Shown: piece after piece, positions 47,801 through 57,700 of the stretch
Position numbering within the stretch: position 1 is the stretch's first letter
Layout: every line of letters starts with the position of its first letter
From: Macrostomum lignano
Taxonomy: Eukaryota
Assembly (NCBI GenBank): GCA_002269645.1
Contig: NIVC01003063.1
Coordinates: forward strand, 23,539 to 87,538
Reading direction: 5' to 3'
DNA: 64,000 nucleotides
Program-made: the position numbers and the translations under genes
Notes under the pieces: model-generated
Told to the model about the DNA's origin: nothing
What the model saw: the letters and a program-made list of their open reading frames with translations, nothing else
Database searches by the model: none

Positions 47801-47955
47801 GGTCGAAGTTCGTCCTCGGAGACGGAGCGGCCGTCAAGTTTGTGGTGGCGTTGAGAACACGAATTCTGAAGCTGAACGTCAGGTTGGTCGCGATGTCCCG
47901 AACTACTGTCTGGGTAGAGACCAAACTCAGTGAGTTGACTTCGGTGTCCATCACT
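44891..47955 (-). CDS. Copy B exons: three Cys-rich repeats followed by several PKD repeats
   Basis: 999-aa ORF that includes a 78-nt in-frame intron at 47301-47378. PKD signatures include VTYQLDFGNGS, GYYQLTAFAANYHT, VGVDFGDG and GNFTTRVSVWNDVS. Confidence 0.85.
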
Positions 47956-48029
47956 GGAAAAGAAAATGAGGTTATGAATCACGCATTCTATCACTTGTAA
48001 CGAAGCAAAAGCTTGCAGCAATTTGTCCT

Positions 48030-48185
48030 GAGCCACTTACAAAGTTTGCACAAAGCTTTCCGCATCACGTAGCCAGACTTGCACAAGCACGTCGTATTCA
48101 ACGGTTCTCCGGGTGACAGACACACCGTGTACTTTGCCAGAGTGCAGCTTGCATCCGCGAAGCAAGCATCGTTAATATTTTTAGC
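48030..48185 (-). CDS. Copy B exon, EGF/EB-module-like Cys-rich domain
   Basis: KNINDACFADASCTLAKYTVCLSPGEPLNTTCLCKSGYVMRKALCKL between ttccag| and |gtaagt, phase 1/1. Confidence 0.7.
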
Positions 48186-48254
48186 TGGAAAAATCGAGAT
48201 TAGTTGTAGCTCCTTTGATAATTGTACAAGTTAGGGTAGCAAAAATCAGACTTA

Positions 48255-48825
48255 CGTAAGTGATAATAGGATTTTTGAATGATTCTCATTTGAACCTGAG
48301 CCCCTGACGCGCTGCTCAACGACCATCTGATGGAGTCGGATCGGTTTGAGCCGGCGCTCCCTGTGAGCTTCGTGGCGGGACAGTCGCTGCTGAACCACCA
48401 GCCGCTGCCACCAGCAGTTGCGCACATCTTTGCGTGCCGAAGTCGAACGTAGAGAAGGTCGACATGTTCTGAGCTTCGAACAGCTGCCCGTCACCGAAGT
48501 CGGAGGTACAGTCTTCCAACCGGAGCTGAAAGTCCAGAAACGACGGTGCCACTTTGACCTCCCGGCACTCCACATATCGAAAGCTTCCGTCGGAGATCCA
48601 CGCGTCGATCCGCATGGAGAAGTTGACCATGAGTGTCAGATCGCTGAGTGACTGCAGCCCGATCCAAACGAGGTTGTCCATCTCGAAACCAGCCTGATAC
48701 TGCGCTATAGAGAAGTTCATCGAGCTGTTCAGGTTGAAGTTTTGATAAATGATCATCCAGTCGTGGTAGCAGTTGATTTTCTTGCTGTCAATGGCGGTCT
48801 CATTGCGACCCACGCATGTCGGTAC
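48255..48825 (-). CDS. Copy B exon, fibrinogen-related (FReD) domain with a frameshift
   Basis: WMIIYQNF...QYQAGF...WIGLQSLSDLT...MRID...FSTFD...CA, continuing in another frame as GGSGWWFSSDC...LTG. Confidence 0.8.
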
Positions 48826-49959
48826 TGGAAAAAGCATGTCGAAAGTCATTTAGCACTTTTTTACGCCAAAGAGCAGTTTCGAAAACTATAAATAAAGAAT
48901 ATATGCCGAAGCAGAGGACGACTCACCCTGCAGCACGCTTCCAAATATTTCATATTTAAAACTCAAATCGCTCCGGTAAATTGCAGGCATAATCTTGGCC
49001 TGCTGAGCAACCACTATTGTGCGGGACTGAAGTATCACCACCTGGTTCAGCAGATGCTTTTCGTTTACGGAGAGTCGTGACGTCTGAAACCGATAGAGGT
49101 CATTCATTACTTCGTCCGGTAATTCTCAAAGAGAGATGCAGTTTTTAGCTTACCTGGTTGTCGCTGAGCACAAATGTTGCAGGAAACCAAGTCATGGTCT
49201 CACCGTCGAAGTACAACAACAGGATGGAGTTGTATGCGAGGGGCTCTCCGTCTACGCGTTTCAGGTTGTTTCCGGCACCAGAGAAGCCTAATCCGGTGAT
49301 TCTGACTTGCCTCGACATTGTCACCTGACGGTAGGTCATGATGGCTTTCTATCTATCTCTATTAACAGTCTATCTTACAGACAAAAAAACGGTCAATTAC
49401 GAGTACCATTATGTAATATCCGTTGAAACACTCCGAAGGTGACAAAGTTGGAGACGACAAGAGCGAATCAGCTGCAGTTCCGTTTGTAGCGTTGGCTGTG
49501 AAAGTAACACTGACGTTCGATGTTTCAGACATCAAGTTCTGCCAGGAATCAGCTGAAATCATTTCAATTTTACCTAACTGTAAGTAAATGCTCATATCTA
49601 CTGCACATGTCAAGACTCAGAATACGAAAGCGAAGTGACTCACGACGACAGACTTGCTCCACGAAGTGAGTGCCGATTCGCAATACTGCTTGGAAACTGA
49701 TTGACAGAGTGTCCACATTCAGCCCTGTGAAGCTCTCGTGGGAAATCTCCAGGCTCCTGCACCCTCCATCCTGGCACTTCACCAGCGCACTCTGAATGCT
49801 GTCCACTTGTAAGGACTGGCGGGTGTCGGAGACAATTGAGTAATTGTAGAACACATTGTAGAACGGGTTGGAGCAGCTCAGGTGTTGCAGAACATCTGCA
49901 ATTAATCAAGTCATGGATCTGACCCAGTTCCAATGACAGTCTCTGCATCAACCTAGATC

Positions 49960-50490
49960 AAGTCGGTGAGCTCACCGGCCTCAGTCTGGCACAGGATGTG
50001 ACCTCTGAAGGAGCCGCAGTCAACTGCAGTCCAGGCCTCTTCAGTCAGCCTGGTGGCAGCGCAGGCTCCCGCCACCGAGGGCTCCCCGATGCTCCAGTGC
50101 GCCCAGGCTCCCAGGCTGCTGTTGGTCGCCTCAGATAGCCACTGGCCGCTGCTGGAGTTGAGCACTGCGCCAACGTGAAACCTGAGGTCGCTGGGCTGCG
50201 AGCTGAAGCCGCTGCGGGTGCACAGAGTTGGGTGAGTTTGTCAGTGAGAGGCTGGCATAGTGCTGGGTTAAAGCAATGCGAGCGATTCTGGCATACAGCG
50301 AGTGATCGATGAAGGCCAGCTTCAGAGCGGTGTAGTCAGCGTATGAAGTAGGCAGGAAGAGGCCGCCAGGCCGGTCCCAGTTGAGGCTGCCGCAGTAAGC
50401 CTTCGCCACTTCGCGCGCGACTCCCGGAGTTCCGTCCGCAGAGTGGTGGCGGCAGCGGCCTTCGAAGTAGTAGAAGTTCACAGGGCAATC
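49960..50490 (-). CDS. Copy B exons, C-type lectin domain (absent from copy A)
   Basis: DCPVNFYYFEGRC...AKAYC...LFLP...FHVGAVL...W...HWSIGEPS...CAA...WTAVDC...ILCQ. Confidence 0.85.
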
Positions 50491-50768
50491 TGTAGAATGG
50501 CGCATGTTTGATTGAAATCTTGTGAATAAATGACAGGTAAAAAAGATTTAAAACTGTGGCTTACCTCCCGATGGACAGCCGTATATAGTGTTGATGGCCA
50601 AATTATGTATCTCAGATGCGTTTCCCAGTATCTTTCCGCTCTTGGCAATAAAAGTTTGATTCAGCCAAATACGGTTTGTACCGTTGATTACGCGGAAAGT
50701 CTAAAAACATCGTTAATAGTGAAGATTGTTTAAATAATCAAGTATAGCGAGTATCGAGTATCTATCGA

Positions 50769-51723
50769 ACTCACGGAGATTCACTCAATTAGCCATTAGC
50801 ACAAACTCACGGAGATTCACCCAATTAGCCATTAGCACAAACTCTCACGGAGATCACTCAATTAGCCATTAGCACAAACTCACGGAGATTCACCCAATTA
50901 GCCATTAGCACAAACTCACGGAGATCACTCAATTAGCCATTAGCACAAACTCACGGAGATTCACTCAATTAGCCATTAGCACAAACTCACGGAGATTCAC
51001 CCAATTAGCCATTAGCACAAACTCACGGAGATTCACCCAATTAGCCATTAGCACAAACTCACGGAGATTCACCCAATTAGCCATTAGCACAAACTCACGG
51101 AGATCACTCAATTAGCCATTAGCACAAACTCACGGAGATTCACTCAATTAGCCATTAGCACAAACTCACGGAGATTCACTCAATTAGCCATTAGCACAAA
51201 CTCACGGAGATTCACTCAATTAGCCATTAGCACAAACTCACGGAGATTCACCCAATTAGCCATTAGCACAAACTCACGGAGATCACTCAATTAGCCATTA
51301 GCACAAACTCACGGAGATTCACCCAATTAGCCATTAGCACAAACTCACGGAGATTCACTCAATTAGCCATTAGCACAAACTCACGGAGATTCACCCAATT
51401 AGCCATTAGCACAAACTCACGGAGATCACTCAATTAGCCATTAGCACAAACTCACGGAGATTCACCCAATTAGCCATTAGCACAAACTCACGGAGATTCA
51501 CTCAATTAGCCATTAGCACAAACTCACGGAGATTCACCCAATTAGCCATTAGCACAAACTCACGGAGATTCACCCAATTAGCCATTAGCACAAACTCACG
51601 GAGATTCACTCAATTAGCCATTAGCACAAACTCACGGAGATTCACCCAATTAGCCATTAGCACAAACTCACGGAGATTCACTCAATTAGCCATTAGCACA
51701 AACTCACGGAGATTCACTCAATT
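50769..51723. repeat. 36/35-bp tandem array (ACTCACGGAGATTCAC(T/C)CAATTAGCCATTAGCACAA), about 27 copies
   Basis: Three interleaved unit variants with no spacers. It begins 30 nt inside the intron after the donor at 51753. Confidence 0.97.
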
Positions 51724-51753
51724 TATAGCTACTATCAGTGAAACTGTACTTAC

Positions 51754-54700
51754 CTACAGGAAACCCGACGACTCCAACTGTCAGTAGAGCGTCTCCATAG
51801 AAACTGACAGGTGTCAGGACCAGGAACTTTGCCACTACTGGATCCGGCAGATCTTCCACAAAACTCACATTGGAAATGACTGAACCCAGCAATTCTTTGT
51901 CTGGAGTGCCTGCCCTGGGCACTTCCTGAAGCTGGGAGTCGTCATGAGTTCCATAGTGCAGTCTGTACTGATTCAAACATGATCCATTGATCCCGGGAGT
52001 AACAATGGAAAACACTTGATGAGGAACCGGGAATGTGATGCGGATAGAGGCATTCACAGGTAGCTCAAAGGCTGAGTCGCTACTCAGCAGCAGGGCGGCA
52101 GGCCCGCGTTCCCAGCTCGCACTGGAGGGCCGGCGCACCGTGACCTGGTGCGGCGCCACCGGCACGAGAGGCGCCTCAGGCAGCGACTCGGGAGAGCAGC
52201 CGAACAGCTCAAATTTTCCGGCAAACCGGCCAACCACTCGCAGTGGGTAGATGCGGAAATGGCGGCCGATGACAGGGTTGGGTAGTTGCTCGATAGAGGT
52301 TATGCAGCTGTTTGGGTAGTCCGCAGGTCCGTGCAGAACCTGCATGATAGGTGATGAATGAGCCTGTTGTCATAGCTCAGTAATAACTGAAGTATTCAAT
52401 GAATGCTAGTAGTCCACTTTCACAACACTTACGGACGGCGCCAAGCCCCAGAATGTTCCGCTACGAGAGTACATCAGTACATAAGTGACTGCTGCCTCCC
52501 TTGCGAGTCCAGTTAGACAGTAGATACCGGACATTGCAACAGCTCGAATTCTAGCTTGCGTCTGGAGGGTGATTTGAAGCCACTCATCCAGACCGGCGGA
52601 TGCTGCTCTAAAGAAGCCGAAGGTCCCGACCGGAGCGTCTGAAATATTGTACAAATAAAGAGAATGGAGTATGCAGACAATCAGGCGAAAAACTAAAACC
52701 ATGATTAATGGTGTGAGTGACGGTAGGGTAGTCATAATCATAATCAATTCTAATGGGTTAGTCGAACAGGATTTGTTAGCCTGCCAATGGATTCCTTTAA
52801 AGCTTTACATTTAAAATGAAGTTAGTAAACTTTTACTAACTTTGAGTAAAGATTTTTGTTAAAACATTAGGCAGAAGCTTTGTAAGAAATCGGTTACTGC
52901 AAGTATAGCGATAAACGAATATGAAGCAATTGTCTCACAAAATTTGAAAAAAATCAAACTTGAACGAATCTTGTATTATAAAACAAAATATGAAAATTAA
53001 GGGCACATAAAACTTTCAAGGCGATTAAAAAGCTTTTGACGAGAATAGACTAGAGAATCGGTCATTGGTGTTCTGTGTTGAATTCTCACTTTATGATGCA
53101 CATTTATAAGTTTAAATGCATGACAAATACGAGCTATAGCAACCAATCACGGGAATGTCCCGTGAAATCTTGTTGGTAAAGTTACCTTAGAAAATTACTC
53201 GTAGAAGCCAAATAGAAGTTTGCTTACTTGGAGAGTAAAACCCGAACGATACGTGCTCAGGCGGGTAGCCTGGAAGGCTTGACTTAGAAGTGATGCTGGA
53301 CACCATCACAGTTGCGTTGTCGTTTGGGTCCGGACTTAAAAGCGGCCTGTCACAGTCTGCAGCTGAAATTTGTTTAAAACAAGCAAAACATTTCAGATAT
53401 ATGAGAATGCTCAATAATCAGTTTAAAAGTTTTTGCTTATGGATCAGTAAACACCGGCACTGTTACAGTCACGAACATTTTGCCAAGAACTTTCGTCGCT
53501 CACCATAGCACCGCCACCGAAACGAACTGTTCAGGGCAGCCGTTGAACTCTGAGTTGCAGCTTCACCTTCCGCTGTGGCCGCATCACTGACGGTAGCGGG
53601 AGGATGACTCAGCAACACAGCTGAGCAGTTCCGAGTTTCATTTCGGTGGCAGTCGATCAAAGGCTTCAGAATTGGGTTCGATGTAGCGTACGTCCTAATG
53701 GGAGTGGCTGCTGACGAACTCAGGGCAGTCACGAAATATTTCGACTCGCAGTAATTTCCTGCGTATTTAATTGTTAAAAATATGTGCGAGAGTTCAAACA
53801 ACTCAATGTCAGATGCAGCAGAGAAAATCTCACCAGGTGCGGCTGGCACCTCACAGATGAACGGAAAGACGGCAGTTTCGCTGTCGCAGGGCACGGTGGA
53901 CCACTGCATTCGCTCGCCGACCTCCGACACCACGCAGCCGCTGGTTGCATTGCTGGGCAGCTTCCAATTGTTCAGATGGGCTGACAAAAGCCTGCCGTCG
54001 TAGGTTTCAAATCTGCCGCTGGCGTTGCTGAACTCGCCATCGATTTGGATGAACTTGTAGGCCGGGACCGAGCTGAAACATAAGTTATCCAAGATATGAC
54101 TCGATTGCATCTATCTTTAGAATGTTGTATGTGAATGGTTTCAGTTTAGCTCAAACTCTCACAGGTTCAATTTTCCAAAAAGGGCTTTGAAAATCTGTAG
54201 CTCAGACTCCGTAGTCATCTTTGCTAGCCGTCCTCTTCCGTTCCAAGCAAGAGACTTGCAGATCTTGTGAGCAGTTTGCCTCGTTGCGATTGTATGAGGC
54301 TGGCTGGAGTCCGAGAATGGAGCCCAGTAGCAGAGTTGGCCATGACGAAAGGTGTTGATGGGACAGTCTGCGGCCAGGGGTCCCAGTAATGCAGTTACGA
54401 TTGTGTACTACATTTTTGTACTTTTGTATCGCTGAATCCCTGGCCTGCGAGGCACGTTACGGTAGGGTGTACAGGGTACACTGGGTACAGTACAAGGACA
54501 TGGGTCTTTGCTCGCTCCAACGTGACTGAAGCCCTCTCAGGACGCCGGGACACCAACCACCTGATGCTAGTTTCATAACACACAGGCTGGCGTAAAATCA
54601 AAGCGATTAGGGTGTGACTACATGTGCGTAGCCGAATCTGAGTCGGAATCAGAGCACACGGACCCTTAGCTGCCACCTTGGCAACCGAAAGAAAAAAGAC

Positions 54701-57700
54701 GGATGAGCCCACTCAGCGTACTTGGCGGCAGGAACTAATACAAGCAGCCAGGCACAAACCTCCATAGGCTTCCCTTTTGATTCTGTTCTCGCTTCATATT
54801 GTTATTATTCAGCTTGTCCTGGAGTATTGGCGTGGGTGCCTGCAGACTAGTGGAGCGGGCGACCAAAAGCTAGACAAAGTCAGATATAAAAATCGCACAC
54901 ACGCCCAGCAGAGCGCGGCGCGACTACGAGCTACCTAAAAGTCAGCCCGCGCGGGGAAACCATTCCACCACACACCCCACCAGCCGGCCGTTGGGCTTTA
55001 CCCCAAACCAGCCAATCAGGGTGAGAGAGGAAACTCGTCAAGCCAGCCACTTGGCACAGCTAACCAGCCGCAGCGGCTCTCAGTGCCAGAGAGAGCTAAA
55101 GTCGAAAACAAAATGAGAAACATGGGTGGGGGAGGGCAAAGACAAAGAGCTCTTGCACTGCAAAAAAGTTCAAAAGGCAACACTAAGTTTATCACTACTA
55201 CGAGCATTGAAAGCAGTTTTAAAACAGTAGTCTGGGAAAGGGGCTTTCTAGGACAAAAATTATCGCAGCCTCCATAATGCACAAACGATTAACTTTATTA
55301 TTCCTAAAGAGAATAATCACATCCCGAAGGATGTGAAGCTAACCGGAATCGAGCTGTATTTGGAAGTCATTGAGCCAAAGACCGCACTAAAAGCGGATTA
55401 TCTCAAGGCAATAGAGAAGGAAATTGATGTTGCATACACGGCCTACATGTGTCGAGATGAGCGAAACGAAACTAGAACAAACATCTGCATTAAAGAGGGA
55501 TCATGCTGCAATCCAAGGTATATTATTATTAACATGAGAAACCCAAATAGCATTATACGCTACATGCATGGAGACGTGCGGTCCATTCAGCATGAAATCA
55601 GTGATAATCTTTACCCTGCACTGCCACAAAATGGAGATTTCAGTCAGAACAAGATTAGCAAATTTTACAGCGAGTTGGTCGACTTGGCTGTGAAAGGGAA
55701 CAATGGAATTGCTATCACCGCTCTTCAATATGGAACTCTATATCCAATGTTTGGCGCTGATGTGTCTGCCAGACAAATGCCTACTGATAACAGCCCTGTG
55801 AATATCGTGACTAACATTGAGAGGGCTGTCGCAACACCCGTGGACCTGTACATTATCTATGCATTTGAGAGGAAGGTGAAGCTTAACATGATCAACAATT
55901 CATCCAGTAAAGTTTAAAGATATTATTCATTTATTATTTTGTGGGTGAAAAAATGGAAGCGATTGCTGAAAGACTAAATAATATTATTTCTCGCTCTAAG
56001 GAGAGTATTCCTATTACAATAACTGGGCGAATTAATGACTCAAACGGGATATTTGTTGAAAAATTAGAGCAGGTGATTCGCCTGGATCCAGGTGCTAAGT
56101 ACCATGTCTATCTTAACGGCTTCACTTGTTGGTCAAACGTTCCCAATGTGACGGCAGCAAATAATAAGTTTTATTACAAATGGAAAGGTGCAGCAGCAGA
56201 ACCTGTGGTATTCCCTGTGAGCACGCAAAGTGTGGATACCTACAATTACTTTCTAGAAAACGTCTTTACTAAAAAGGCCATTTTGAGACACCTGATCTGA
56301 TTAAGCCAGAACTGTTCCCTGTCAAACTAGCCTATGATCTCACTGTAATGAGAGTGGTCATGCGAGTTTCACAAAGATGCGGAGGTTGAGTTTAAAGATG
56401 ACACTTGGTATAGGGAATTGGGATTCGAGAAGAAAGTTTATAAGGCAGAATCCGCGGCGCGGATCGCCACTCAAACGTCGGGGGCCGTTAGCATGGCCCG
56501 GGAAAGTGTAAGCGGTTTGTTCTTAGCACCCAATATTGCAGACATTGTAAAGGGTCTGCATTATCTCTTGAATGTGATTGAATATTCTAATCAGAAGTAA
56601 TCTCAGTCTTGATTGGGTATTTAAGGGAAAGCGAACAAATATTTTGTACATCTCTATTCTGTAGCTGGAGGACAGATGCTGGTAGAGAAACCAAATCCAG
56701 TGAAAAGAGTTGTATTGAGTAATAAGGAGATTCACGAGATTGTGCTACAGTTTGAGACTGAAGATGGGGTGGGTGTTGATTTCAACGGTGAAGAGTTTGT
56801 ATTGACGTTGATCATTGAGAGAATGTGAGAAAAAAAATACAATTGCTTAATGATTTCTGCAAAGTTATAGTCGCTGTCGTAGTCTTTTACGTAGGTCACT
56901 CCATACTTAAGAAACCAGTATCTTTGGAGAGCTAGATTAATATTAGGGACGTTGATATCAACGCCGGGCAAATATTTTCTCATGTACTCACTGCATTCTA
57001 GTTTGCATCGGTACTTACTCTTGTAATAAGGCTCGTGCCTTTTGTCAAAAGAACCCGGAGAGACGATTGGAAGCATTTTTATTGAGAATTTAATTTTTTT
57101 CGGAGGATGAGCACCCTGGGTTTTGGGATTGGCGCTAATTTGATTGTCTTGGCACACTTTTTGCAAGGCTGGGAATATAGAGACTGATATTTTGTGCTAG
57201 ACTGATGGGGCTGCGTGAATTTTTGATAATAAATGTAGAGACAGATTTTTGTGAGGGGCAGGTACCCTTTTTTCCTGATCTCTTTGGGAATAATAAAGTT
57301 AATTGTTTGTGTATTATGGAGGCTGCGATAATTTTTGTCCTAGAAAGCCCGTTTCCCATACTACTTAAAACACATAAGAGGAGGCAGTTGAATATTCAAA
57401 ATGAATATATTACCAGGAATTGGGCAGCCACGAATTTCGAATCTCGTAGTGACTTGATCTGCATCAGAAAAGTTAATGAAAATCATTCTAGTCCGTAACA
57501 TTGTCGGCAGATATTGCTCAAAACCGAGACTCAAGTTGAACAGCTGGAATAATTCAAGTGGGTGAAATTATTTTTCAAAATATGCGTTTTTGGAAACTAT
57601 TAATACATTTTATTTAATAAAAATTTCGTGGGTCTGTTGCTACGACTGAGTCGATTCGTTAGGTTAGATCAGTCTTGTATCGCTGAAGTGGCTCCGATCA

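Larger units (their letters stand above)
55226..57365 (+). mobile_element. Non-autonomous mini-Maverick/Polinton (2140 bp) retaining capsid genes
   Basis: 87-bp TIRs at 55226-55312 and 57279-57365 (5 mismatches) begin AGTAGT. Perfect 6-bp TSD TAAAAC at 55220-55225 and 57366-57371. Internal MCP-like and penton-like sequence. Absent from the short orthologous intron of copy A. Confidence 0.88.

Noticed and set aside
50769-51723. CRISPR array (36-bp repeats)
   Set aside because: The units are contiguous with no unique spacers, there are no cas genes, and the context is a eukaryotic intron.
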